From: Nitrososphaerota archaeon
GTDB lineage: Archaea; Thermoproteota; Nitrososphaeria_A; Caldarchaeales; Calditenuaceae
Reading direction: 5' to 3'
DNA length: 24,000 nt
Assembly (NCBI GenBank): GCA_033581555.1
Contig: JAVQSZ010000008.1
Coordinates: 3,001 to 27,000, forward strand
Part shown: piece after piece, positions 15,132-23,942 of the stretch
Numbering within the stretch: position 1 is the first letter of the stretch
Layout of the letters: the number at the start of each line of letters is the position of its first letter
Translations under genes and position numbers: made by a program
Notes under the pieces: generated by a model
Databases searched by the model: none
The model's input: the letters and a program-made list of their open reading frames with translations, nothing else
What the model was told of the DNA's origin: nothing

Positions 15132-15842
15132 ATGACCAAGGCCGTCATCCTAGCGGGAGGGTTCGGGAAGAGGTTGAGGCCGCTGACGGACACGCTCCCC
15201 AAGCCTCTGCTAAGGGTCGCGGAGAGGCCGATCATCGAGTGGCAGATCAGGTGGCTGGCCTCCTATGGCATCAAGGGCGTCGTCGTGTGTGCTGGCTACC
15301 TGAAGGAGAAGATGGTGGAGGAGCTGGGAAGCGGCTCGAGGCTCGGGGTGAGGCTGGGTTTCGTCTTCGAGGACGAGCCACTGGGGACCGCGGGAGCCCT
15401 CAAGAACGCCGAGCACTTCCTCGCCGGAGAGAGGTCCTTCCTGGTCTTGAACGGCGACGTCCTGACCGACCTCGACCCGACCTACGTCCTCTCGGCAGCC
15501 GAGCGCTATCTCGCCTCGATGGCGGTCGTGCAGCTGCCCTCCCCGTACGGGATCGTCGACCTCGACGAATCCACCGGGCAGGTGAGAGGCTTCAGGGAGA
15601 AGCCGATGCTCGGAGAGTACTGGATCAACGCGGGCGTCTACGCGATCAGGGGGGAGCTGCTGGCGGAGCTTCCGGAGAGCGGCGACCTCGAGAGGGAGGT
15701 CTTCCCGAGGCTGGCGGCGAGGGGGCAGCTGGTCGCAGTCAGGTACGAGCACTGCTACTGGAAGTCCATCGACTCCCACAAGGACCTCGAGGAGGCCTCG
15801 GTTCACTTCAGGGAGCTCGAAAGGTCCAAGGCCATCACGTAG
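15132..15842 (+). CDS. Sugar-phosphate nucleotidyltransferase (NTP_transferase family; glucose/mannose-1-phosphate nucleotidylyltransferase-like)
   Basis: MTKAVILAGGFGKRLRPLTDTLPKPLL is the canonical N-terminal GGxGxRL motif, and EDEPLGTAGAL is also present. The track ORF opens at 15057, but family members start just before the AVILAGG motif, and GGTGGGGTGG precedes ATG 15132. Confidence 0.88.
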   Translation: MTKAVILAGGFGKRLRPLTDTLPKPLLRVAERPIIEWQIRWLASYGIKGVVVCAGYLKEKMVEELGSGSRLGVRLGFVFEDEPLGTAGALKNAEHFLAGERSFLVLNGDVLTDLDPTYVLSAAERYLASMAVVQLPSPYGIVDLDESTGQVRGFREKPMLGEYWINAGVYAIRGELLAELPESGDLEREVFPRLAARGQLVAVRYEHCYWKSIDSHKDLEEASVHFRELERSKAIT

Positions 15843-16315
15843 GCGTCCTCGCCGTCGAGGTAGTAGTGCTTGATCGTGTCGACTACGGAGAAGCCCAGGG
15901 ACTCGTACATCCTGATCGCCGGGTAGTTGGTGACCCGGACCTCCAGGAAGACCTCGTCGCAGCGGTAGACGTCCCTCATTGCCCTGATCGCCTCCAGCAT
16001 CAGAGCCCTCCCTATCCCCCTCCTCCTGTGCTCGGGGAGGACCGCTATCGAGATCACGTGCCCCAGCCTCCTGAACCGTAGCCCTCCGAACTTCGAGAAA
16101 CCCCTCTCCACCCTGCACATGATGTACCCGACGACCTTGCCCTCGAACTCCGCGACGACGAAGCTCTCGGGATAGGACTTCGCGACGCTGAGGAAGAACG
16201 AGTAGGTGTAGTTCTCGGGCAGGGTCAGCCTGTTGACGTTCATCACCTCCAGCAGGTCCTCCTCCCTTGCCGGCCTCAGGACGTACTGCGCGTCCTCGCG
16301 CCTCAGCACCTCCAC
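15803..16315 (-). CDS. rimI: GNAT N-acetyltransferase, Ard1/Naa10-RimI type (protein N-terminal acetyltransferase)
   Basis: RLTLPENYTYSFF is the LPENY motif of the Naa10/Ard1 type. AVLPEHRRRGIGRALM is the acetyl-CoA-binding RxxGxG/A motif. The gene starts with GTG and its 3' end overlaps the nucleotidyltransferase by 40 nt. Confidence 0.85.
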   Translation of the reverse strand: MEVLRREDAQYVLRPAREEDLLEVMNVNRLTLPENYTYSFFLSVAKSYPESFVVAEFEGKVVGYIMCRVERGFSKFGGLRFRRLGHVISIAVLPEHRRRGIGRALMLEAIRAMRDVYRCDEVFLEVRVTNYPAIRMYESLGFSVVDTIKHYYLDGEDAYVMALDLSSSLK

Positions 16316-16417
16316 GAACGCCTACCTCTCAAGCACGTCCCTCCCCGACCACTTAAGACTTTCCCGGAGCAATAACTTGATAAGACGGCCGTCCATGCAA
16401 TTCCTCTAGGTTCTGCG

Positions 16418-16765
16418 GTGGTGATCTTGTCGTCCCCGGAGGGAGTCTCTCGTCCCAAGAGGTCCACCAAGCAGCCCAAGCCCCGGCCCGCGGCGAAGCA
16501 GGAGCCCGCGAAGGCACCGGAGGCCGAGCGGGTGGTCGTGGTGGAGCTGATGGGTTGGAGGATCGAGCACGAGCTCCTCGACAGCGCCGAGGCCGAGCAG
16601 GTCCTCAATCGCTACAAGGCCACCCGCAACCAGCTCCCGAAGATCCTGGTCACGGACCCGGTCGTGAGGAGGATGGGCGCGAAGCCCGGCGATATCATAA
16701 AAATCACGAGGACCTCGCCTACCGCAGGGTTGACCGTCTACTATAGGGTGGTGGAGGAGGCTTGA
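16418..16765 (+). CDS. rpoH: DNA-directed RNA polymerase subunit H (Rpo5)
   Basis: The C-terminal 70 or so residues, EHELLDSAEAEQVLNRYKATRNQLPKILVTDPVVRRMGAKPGDIIKITRTSPTAGLTVYYRVV, are canonical RpoH. The start is uncertain: GTG 16418 adds a roughly 44-aa Lys/Pro/Ala-rich extension, and ATG 16550 is the alternative. Confidence 0.92.
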   Translation: MVILSSPEGVSRPKRSTKQPKPRPAAKQEPAKAPEAERVVVVELMGWRIEHELLDSAEAEQVLNRYKATRNQLPKILVTDPVVRRMGAKPGDIIKITRTSPTAGLTVYYRVVEEA

Positions 16766-19700
16766 AGGTCAGACCATCTCCTGAGTCCCTCACCCACGAA
16801 GAGCTCTGGGCCGTCGCGAAGGCCATCGTCGAGGAGGAGGGCCTGATCGCCCACCACTTCAGGTCCTACGAGTACTTCGTCAGGGAGGGGCTCGAGAGGC
16901 TCCTCAAGAGCATGAGCCCCCAGGAGATCAAGACGAAGCAGGGCGTCGCGTACCTCTACTTCAGGGATCCCGAGATAGGCCCGCCGACGATAAGGGAAGT
17001 CGACGGGTCAGAGAGGCACTACGTAACGCCCAACGAGTGCAGGCTCAGGAACCTCAGCTACACTGCTCCGATCTACGTCAGGATCACGCTCAAGCTCGAC
17101 GACCAGGAGATCGTCAAGAGCGAGAGGGTCCAGATCGGAGTCCTGCCGATCATGGTGAAGTCCTCTGTCTGTCCCCTCAGCAGGATGACCGACGAGGAGC
17201 TCGTCGCGATCGGAGAGGACCCCGCCGACCCCGGGGGTTACTTCATCATCAACGGGTCCGAGAGGGTCATAGTAGCTATTGAGGACCTCGCTCCCAACAA
17301 GGTCCTGATCACGTCGAAGGAGCAGGACGGAGGCGTCCAGTACTCGGCCGCTGTGATCTCGATCTCCTACGGGAGGCAGAGTAAGGTCGAGGTCACCTAC
17401 AAGCCCGGCGGGCCGGTGAGGGTCTTCTTCGCGAAGATCCACAAGGGCATACCGCTGATCGTCATGCTGAGGGCCCTCGGGATGGAGAACGACAAGCAGA
17501 TCGCGGAGTTCGTCTCGCCGCTCCCGGAGGTCCAGGAGATGCTGATCGAGAGCTTCAGGGAGGCGGAGGGGATCGAAGACAAGAAGGAGGCCCTGAGGTT
17601 CCTGGGGAACAGGGTCGCCTTCGGGTACGCGGAGGAGTACAGGATCGAGAGGGCGGAGCAGATGCTCGACAACAACTTCCTCATCCACCTCGGCACGAGT
17701 AAGGACGCCAGGTTCAAGAAGGCGGTGATGCTCTGCGACATAGTCGGAAAGCTCCTCGAGACGGCCGCGGGCATCAGGAAGCCTGACGACAAGGACCATT
17801 ACGCCAACAAGAGGCTCAAGCTCGAGTCGCAGCTACTGACGGAGCTCTACAGGTCCGCCCTCAACAAGCTCATCAGGGACATCAGGTACCAGCTCGAGAG
17901 AATACTCATCACCAGACAGCCCGTCTCCCTCTCCACGTTCATAAGGCCCGGGATAGTGAACGACGTGGTCCTGACGGCCTTCTCGACGGGCAACTGGCCA
18001 GGTGGGAGGGTAGGAGTGACGCAGATACTCAACAGGACCAACTACCTCGCGACCGTCAGCCACCTGAGGAGGGTCCAGAGCCCGCTGAGCAGGAGCCAGC
18101 CCCACTTCGAGGCCAGGGACCTCCACGGGACCCACTGGGGGAGGATATGTCCGGCCGAGACGCCCGAGGGAGCGAACGCGGGTCTGGTCAAGAACCTGGC
18201 CTTGGGCGCCGAGGTCACGGTCCCGCTCCTGAAGGACGACGAGGAGGCCCTCAGGGAGAAGCTCTGGAAGCTCGGGCTGGTCAGCTGGACGTCGATCATC
18301 GAGAAGAAGACCGCGGCGAGGAGGAAGGAGCTCAGGACCAAGGTTTACATCAACGACGAGCTGATCGGGTACCACCCTGACGGGAAGAAGCTCGTGAGGG
18401 AGCTGAAGAGGATGAGGAGGGGCGGCGAGGTAAACCAGTCCGTCAACGTCCTCCTCAGGGAGTACGAGCACCTCTCAGAGGTCTACATCTACTCCGACGA
18501 GGGAAGGGTCAGGAGGCCCCTGGTGGTCATCGAGGACAGCGAGGTCAAGCTCAAGCGGCACATGGCCGAGTCCGTCGCCCAGGGGACGCTGAAGGCGAGG
18601 GACCTCGCAGCGATGGGAGTGATCGAATACCTAGACGCCAGCGAGGAGGACAACGCCTACGTCGCCCTGAGTCCAGAGGACGTCACCAAGTCCCATGACT
18701 ACCTCGAGATAAGCCCGCTGATGATGATGGGCGTCGTTGCCGGGATCATCCCCTTCAGCAACCACAACCAGTCGCCGAGGAACGTCTACGAGGCCTCGAT
18801 GGCGAAGCAGGCCCTCGGCCTCCCCGCGATCTCGTACCCGGTCAGGACCGACAGCAGGCTCCACGTGATGATCTACCCGCAGAAGGCCCTCGTCAAGACG
18901 AAGGCGATGGACCTCCTCAGGCTCGACAGGAGACCGATAGGTCAGAACTTCGTCGTCGCGGTGCTGACGGGATACGGCTACAACATCGAGGACGCGGTAG
19001 TGCTGAACAGGTCCGCGATCGAGAGGGGGCTCGCGGTCACGATGAGCTACAGGACCTATGAGGTCGAGGCCAGGCAGTACCTCGGCGGCGAGAAGGACAG
19101 GGTCGCGATACCGGACCCGAACGTCAGGGGCTACAGGGGCGAGCAGTACTACAGGGTCCTCGACAGGGACGGCCTCGCGGTCCCCGAGTCCGAGGTCACC
19201 GACGGTATGGTCCTCGTCGGGGTCGTCAGCCCACCCAGGTTCATGGAGGAGTACGTCAGGACCCCGGCCAGGGAAATGGTCTGGAGGGACGCCTCAGAGG
19301 CGGTGAGGCCCTCCGAGGTCGGGATCGTTGACGAGATATTCGCCTCGAGGAACGTCGAGGGCAACGCGCTCATCAAGCCCCGGGTCAGGGCCCTCTGCTT
19401 CCCCGAGATCGGCGACAAGTTCGCTTCCAGGCACGGCCAGAAGGGGGTGATCGGAATGGTCTTCCAGCAGGCCGACCTGCCCTACACCGAGAGCGGGATC
19501 GTCCCGGACCTCATCATCAACCCGCACGCGTTCCCGTCCAGGATGACAGTCGGCCAGCTGATCGAGAGCCTCGCGGGTAAGCTAGCGGCCCTCAAGGGCG
19601 AACCTGTCGACGGGTCTCCGTTCGTCGGGAAGGGCCTCGAGGAGATCAAGAGGGAGCTGGAGGAGCTGGGGTTCAAGAGCACCGGGACCGAGGTGATGTA

Positions 19701-20148
19701 CGACGGCCTTACCGGTAGGAGGTACGAGGTCGAGGTCTTCATCGGCGTCACGTTCTACCAGAGGCTCCACCACCTCGTCAGGGACAAGATCCACGCGAGG
19801 TCCAGGGGCCAGGTCCAGATGCTCACCCGCCAACCCACGGAGGGCAGGGCTAGGGGAGGAGGTCTGAAGTTCGGGGAGATGGAGAGGGACTGCCTCCTCG
19901 CTTACGGCGCGAGCTACCTGCTCCTCGACAGGCTCCTCGAGCAGTCCGACAAGTACACCGTCTACTTCTGCGAGAAGTGCGGACTCGCGGCCTACTACGA
20001 CCTGAAGCAAGAGAGGCTCGTCTGCCCGATCCACGGGAAGAACCCGCCCGCGAAGCCGGTCACGCTCTCCTACGCCTTCTACCTGCTGCTGAACGAGCTG
20101 CTCTCGATGGGCATCTACCCGAAGGTCATCTTGGAGGAGGTGGCCTGA
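16762..20148 (+). CDS. rpoB: DNA-directed RNA polymerase subunit B (Rpo2), unsplit
   Basis: 1128-aa ORF containing GDKFASRHGQKGV, NPHAFPSRMTVGQLIE and a C-terminal CEKCG...CPIHG zinc ribbon. The TTG start overlaps the rpoH stop as TTGA, with GGAGGAGG immediately upstream. Confidence 0.97.
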   Translation: MKVRPSPESLTHEELWAVAKAIVEEEGLIAHHFRSYEYFVREGLERLLKSMSPQEIKTKQGVAYLYFRDPEIGPPTIREVDGSERHYVTPNECRLRNLSYTAPIYVRITLKLDDQEIVKSERVQIGVLPIMVKSSVCPLSRMTDEELVAIGEDPADPGGYFIINGSERVIVAIEDLAPNKVLITSKEQDGGVQYSAAVISISYGRQSKVEVTYKPGGPVRVFFAKIHKGIPLIVMLRALGMENDKQIAEFVSPLPEVQEMLIESFREAEGIEDKKEALRFLGNRVAFGYAEEYRIERAEQMLDNNFLIHLGTSKDARFKKAVMLCDIVGKLLETAAGIRKPDDKDHYANKRLKLESQLLTELYRSALNKLIRDIRYQLERILITRQPVSLSTFIRPGIVNDVVLTAFSTGNWPGGRVGVTQILNRTNYLATVSHLRRVQSPLSRSQPHFEARDLHGTHWGRICPAETPEGANAGLVKNLALGAEVTVPLLKDDEEALREKLWKLGLVSWTSIIEKKTAARRKELRTKVYINDELIGYHPDGKKLVRELKRMRRGGEVNQSVNVLLREYEHLSEVYIYSDEGRVRRPLVVIEDSEVKLKRHMAESVAQGTLKARDLAAMGVIEYLDASEEDNAYVALSPEDVTKSHDYLEISPLMMMGVVAGIIPFSNHNQSPRNVYEASMAKQALGLPAISYPVRTDSRLHVMIYPQKALVKTKAMDLLRLDRRPIGQNFVVAVLTGYGYNIEDAVVLNRSAIERGLAVTMSYRTYEVEARQYLGGEKDRVAIPDPNVRGYRGEQYYRVLDRDGLAVPESEVTDGMVLVGVVSPPRFMEEYVRTPAREMVWRDASEAVRPSEVGIVDEIFASRNVEGNALIKPRVRALCFPEIGDKFASRHGQKGVIGMVFQQADLPYTESGIVPDLIINPHAFPSRMTVGQLIESLAGKLAALKGEPVDGSPFVGKGLEEIKRELEELGFKSTGTEVMYDGLTGRRYEVEVFIGVTFYQRLHHLVRDKIHARSRGQVQMLTRQPTEGRARGGGLKFGEMERDCLLAYGASYLLLDRLLEQSDKYTVYFCEKCGLAAYYDLKQERLVCPIHGKNPPAKPVTLSYAFYLLLNELLSMGIYPKVILEEVA

Positions 20149-20150
20149 AG

Positions 20151-23100
20151 ATGGTGAAGGGCTCGATAGCCGCGATCAAGTTCGGGCTCCTCTCGCCCGA
20201 GATGATCCGGAGCATGGCCGTCGCGGAGATCTCCAACCCCGAGACCTACGACGAGGACGGTGCCCCGATCGCGACCGGTGTGATGGATCCGAGGCTTGGG
20301 ACCCTCGAGCCCGGACAGAGGTGCAAGACCTGTGGGAACACCTACCTCAACTGCCCGGGGCACTTCGGGTACATCGAGCTGGCAGTCCCGGTGATACACA
20401 TAGGCTACGTCAAGGTCATCCACGAGCTCCTCAGGTCTACGTGCAGGTCCTGCGGGAGGCTCCTGCTCCCCGAGGAGCAGATCGCCAAGTACAAGGCCGA
20501 GGTCGAGAAGCTCAAGTCCGAGAACAGACAGTACAGGCACGTCTTCTACAGGGTCAAGCAGATAGCGATGTCGACCAACGTCTGCCCTCACTGCAGCGAG
20601 AAGCAGGTCAAGGTCGAGCTGGAGAAGCCTATGACGTTCTACGAGGCGACCGCGCAGGGGATGGTCAGGCTGACCGCGAACGTCGTCAGGCAGAGGCTCG
20701 AGAAGATACCTGATGGGGACCTGGAGCTCCTCGACCTGGACCCGAAGAGCGCCCGCCCCGAGTGGATGGTCCTGACGGTCCTTCCCGTACCGCCGGTCTA
20801 CGTGAGGCCCTCGATCACCCTCGAGACCGGTTACAGGTCCGAGGACGACCTCACCCACAAGCTCGTCGACATCCTGAGGGTCAACCAGAGGCTCAGGGAC
20901 GCAATAGCCTCGGGCGCTCCTTCCCCGGTGATAATCGAGCTGGCGGACCTCCTCCAGTACCACGTCACGACCTACATCAACAACGAGGTCCCGAACCTGG
21001 CCCCGGCGCAGCACAGGTCCGGGAGGGTCCTCAAGACGTTGGCCCAGAGGCTCAAGGGGAAGGAGGGGAGGTTCAGGCTCAACCTCTCCGGGAAGAGGGT
21101 CGACTTCTCCGCGAGGACCGTCATCTCGCCTGACCCGAACATCGACATCGACGAGGTCGGAGTCCCGATAGAGGTCGCGATGCAACTTACGGTCCCCGAG
21201 TCGGTGACGCCCTGGAACAGGGAGAAGCTCAAGCAGCTGGTCAGGAACGGCCCCTACGAGTACCCGGGGGCGAGGTACGTCATAAGGCCCGACAAGAGGA
21301 TCATCAGGCTGAAGTTCGTCCAGGACCTGAACGAGCTCGCAGAGCAGCTGGACGTCGGGTGGGTCGTCGAGAGGCACCTGATGGACGGGGACATAGTGCT
21401 CTTCAACAGGCAGCCCAGCCTCCATAGGATCTCGATCATGGCCCACAGGGTCAAAGTTCTCCCCTTCAAGACCTTCAGGCTCAACCTGATGGTCTGCACG
21501 CCCTACAACGCCGACTTCGACGGAGACGAGATGAACCTCCACGTTCCTCAGAGCGAGGAGGCCCAGGCCGAGGCCAGGCTGTTGCTGCAGGTCCAGAGGA
21601 ACGTGATCTCGCCGAGGTACGGCGCCCCGATCATCGGCGCCATCAGGGACTTCCTCACCTCCTCCTACCTGCTCACCGCTAAGGCGGAGCTCGACAAGCA
21701 GTTCGTGGGCCACCTGCTCGCGGCCGCAGGCTACTCCGGGCCCCTGCCCCCGCCGAAGGGGTCGGGAGGGGGGTGGAAGGGGGCCCAAATCTTCAGCCTC
21801 CTGCTCCCGAAGGGCCTCAGCTACGAGGGCCAGGCCGCCTTCAGCCCGGACGACAAGGTGGTCGTAAGGAACGGCGAGCTGGTCGAGGGTTACGCCGACA
21901 AGGCGCTGATCGGCGTTGAGCGGCCCAACAGCCTCCTCCACCGGGTCGCGAGGGACCACGGGCCCGAAGAGGTCGCGAGGTTCCTCAACTCCCTGATCAG
22001 GCTCGCCAACACCTACATCAACCTCAGGGGCTTCACGCTGGGTATCGAGGACCTCACGGTCCCGCCGAGGCTCTACGAGGAGAAGGCCAAGTTGATCGAG
22101 CAGATGGAGCGGGAGTACCAGAACCTCTGGAGGAGCTACGTCGAGGGCACGATCGAGGTGGGTCCCGGTCAGACGCCGGAGAGGGCCTTCGAGGGCCAGC
22201 TCCTCGAGCTGCTCTCCAGGGTCAGGGACAAGATAGGCTCGACGATAAGGAAGCACTTCCCTCCGACGAATCCGATCGTCGTGATGGCCAGGGTAGGCGC
22301 GAGGGGTAGCAGCCTCAACATCGACCAGATGACCGCGATAGTCGGGCAGCAGGCCGTCAGGAGGGAGAGGCCGAGCAGGGGCTTCACCGACAGGGTCCTG
22401 CCCCACTTCAAGCCCGGAGACCTCTCGCCCCCGGCCAGGGGCTTCGTCTACGACGCGTTCATCACAGGCCTCGACCCGATCGAGTTCTTCTTCCACATGA
22501 TGGGCGGAAGGGACGGGCTCGTCGACACCGCGGTCAGGACCCAGCAGAGCGGTTACATGCAGAGGAGGCTGATCAACGCGCTCGAGTCGCTCTACGTCGA
22601 GTTCGACGGCTCGGTGAGGACCTCCGACACCAAGCGGATCGTCCAGTTCCTCTACGGCGAGGACGGCGTCGACCCGGCGAAGAGCGACCACGGCATGCCC
22701 TTCACCCCGAGCGTGATCGTCTCGAAGGTCCTCGGAGAGGCCAAGCCCTCCGGACAGCCGGCGACCGAGGAGGAGGTCGAGAGGGTCGCCTCCGGTTACA
22801 GGGACCTGATCCCACCGAAGTGGCTCGACGAGCTCGTCAGGACGGTGAAGGCGAAGAGGGTGCCCTCCGACGTTCTCGAGCAGGTCTTCAGGTCGGCTTA
22901 CCAGGCCTACCTCCAGAGCCTCGTCGAGGTCGGCGACCCGGTCGGGATAGTCGCGGCCCAGTCGATAGGCGAGCCCGGGACCCAGCTGACGCTGAGGACC
23001 TTCCACTTCGCGGGCGTCAGGGAGCAGAGCATCCTCCTGGGACTCCCGAGGCTGATCGAGATCGTCGACGCGAGGAGGGAGCCCTCGACCCCGATAATGA

Positions 23101-23942
23101 GGATCCACCTGAAGCCGCCCTACGACTCCGACCCGAAGCTCGCGAAGCAGGTCGCGAGGAACATCCAGTCCACCTACCTAAAGGACATCGTCACGTCCTT
23201 CAGCGTCGACCTGAGGAGGGGTCAGCTGGTGATGAAGCTGGACCCGGAGGCGATGAGGGAGCTCGGGGTCACCAAGAAGCACCTCGAGTCAGCGCTCAAG
23301 CAGTACTCCCCGCAGGTCCTCGAGAGGGAGCTCAGGGTCACGGTACCGAAGGCGCAGCTGACCGACGTGACCTCGTTCAGGGAGAGCGTCCTCTCGGTGA
23401 AGGTGAAGGGCTTGAGGAGGATCACGAAGGCCATCGTGAAGCGGGAGGGCGACGAGTACTACATCGAGACCGAGGGCTCCAACCTGAAGGAGGTGCTGAG
23501 CGTCCCTGAGGTCGACCCGAAGAGGGTCAAGACCAACGACATCCACGAGGTCGCGGAGGTCTTGGGCATCGAGGCCGCGAGGGCCCTCATCATCGACGAG
23601 ATCGTCAACGTCCTGAAGGAGCAGGGGCTCGACGTGGACGTGAGGCACATCATGCTAGTCGCGGACATGATGACCGTCGACGGTTCGGTCAAGCAGATCG
23701 GGAGGCACGGCGTCGTGAGGCTGAAGAGCAGCGTCCTCGCGAGGGCCGCGTTCGAGATCAGCGTCCAGACCCTCCTCGAGGCGGCGATGAGGGGCGAGAC
23801 CGACTACCTCAGGAGCAACGTCGAGAGGATATTGATGGGGAAGGAGGTCCCTGTGGGCACCGGGATGGTCCAGCTCTTGATGAAGTACGTCCCTCCGAAG
23901 GAGCCCCAGACCTCCGCAGATCAGCAGAGCGACGGGTCCTGA
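20151..23942 (+). CDS. rpoA: DNA-directed RNA polymerase subunit A (Rpo1), with A' and A'' encoded as one continuous ORF
   Basis: ATG 20151 lies 7 nt after GGAGGAGGTGG and 2 nt after the rpoB stop. The ORF contains the zinc motifs CKTCGNTYLNCPGH and CRSCG...CPHC, the catalytic NADFDGDEMN, the bridge helix GGRDGLVDTAVRTQQSGYMQRRL (A' features), then the trigger loop AAQSIGEPGTQLTLRTFHFAGV (an A'' feature). No stop codon intervenes. Confidence 0.96.
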   Translation: MVKGSIAAIKFGLLSPEMIRSMAVAEISNPETYDEDGAPIATGVMDPRLGTLEPGQRCKTCGNTYLNCPGHFGYIELAVPVIHIGYVKVIHELLRSTCRSCGRLLLPEEQIAKYKAEVEKLKSENRQYRHVFYRVKQIAMSTNVCPHCSEKQVKVELEKPMTFYEATAQGMVRLTANVVRQRLEKIPDGDLELLDLDPKSARPEWMVLTVLPVPPVYVRPSITLETGYRSEDDLTHKLVDILRVNQRLRDAIASGAPSPVIIELADLLQYHVTTYINNEVPNLAPAQHRSGRVLKTLAQRLKGKEGRFRLNLSGKRVDFSARTVISPDPNIDIDEVGVPIEVAMQLTVPESVTPWNREKLKQLVRNGPYEYPGARYVIRPDKRIIRLKFVQDLNELAEQLDVGWVVERHLMDGDIVLFNRQPSLHRISIMAHRVKVLPFKTFRLNLMVCTPYNADFDGDEMNLHVPQSEEAQAEARLLLQVQRNVISPRYGAPIIGAIRDFLTSSYLLTAKAELDKQFVGHLLAAAGYSGPLPPPKGSGGGWKGAQIFSLLLPKGLSYEGQAAFSPDDKVVVRNGELVEGYADKALIGVERPNSLLHRVARDHGPEEVARFLNSLIRLANTYINLRGFTLGIEDLTVPPRLYEEKAKLIEQMEREYQNLWRSYVEGTIEVGPGQTPERAFEGQLLELLSRVRDKIGSTIRKHFPPTNPIVVMARVGARGSSLNIDQMTAIVGQQAVRRERPSRGFTDRVLPHFKPGDLSPPARGFVYDAFITGLDPIEFFFHMMGGRDGLVDTAVRTQQSGYMQRRLINALESLYVEFDGSVRTSDTKRIVQFLYGEDGVDPAKSDHGMPFTPSVIVSKVLGEAKPSGQPATEEEVERVASGYRDLIPPKWLDELVRTVKAKRVPSDVLEQVFRSAYQAYLQSLVEVGDPVGIVAAQSIGEPGTQLTLRTFHFAGVREQSILLGLPRLIEIVDARREPSTPIMRIHLKPPYDSDPKLAKQVARNIQSTYLKDIVTSFSVDLRRGQLVMKLDPEAMRELGVTKKHLESALKQYSPQVLERELRVTVPKAQLTDVTSFRESVLSVKVKGLRRITKAIVKREGDEYYIETEGSNLKEVLSVPEVDPKRVKTNDIHEVAEVLGIEAARALIIDEIVNVLKEQGLDVDVRHIMLVADMMTVDGSVKQIGRHGVVRLKSSVLARAAFEISVQTLLEAAMRGETDYLRSNVERILMGKEVPVGTGMVQLLMKYVPPKEPQTSADQQSDGS

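Noticed and set aside
15116-16118. 321-aa (+) and 302-aa (-) ORFs spanning the nucleotidyltransferase/acetyltransferase junction
   Set aside because: They are alternate-frame or antisense read-throughs of two genes that each carry clear family motifs. Their composition is Arg/Gly/Pro-dominated.
19977-20150. 58-codon N-terminal extension of the rpoA ORF in the track (1321 aa)
   Set aside because: The extension lies inside the 3' end of rpoB in another frame. ATG 20151 has a GGAGGAGGTGG motif 7 nt upstream and yields the canonical RpoA N-terminus (MVKGSIAAIKFGLLSPEMIR).
20115-23108. 997-aa ORF on the minus strand, the second-longest in the window
   Set aside because: It lies entirely antisense to rpoA. 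Its product is Arg/Pro/Gly/Asp/Leu-rich, low-complexity, and has no recognisable motifs. A strong G/C third-position bias in the sense frame depletes stop codons on the antisense strand, which is a classic high-GC artefact.
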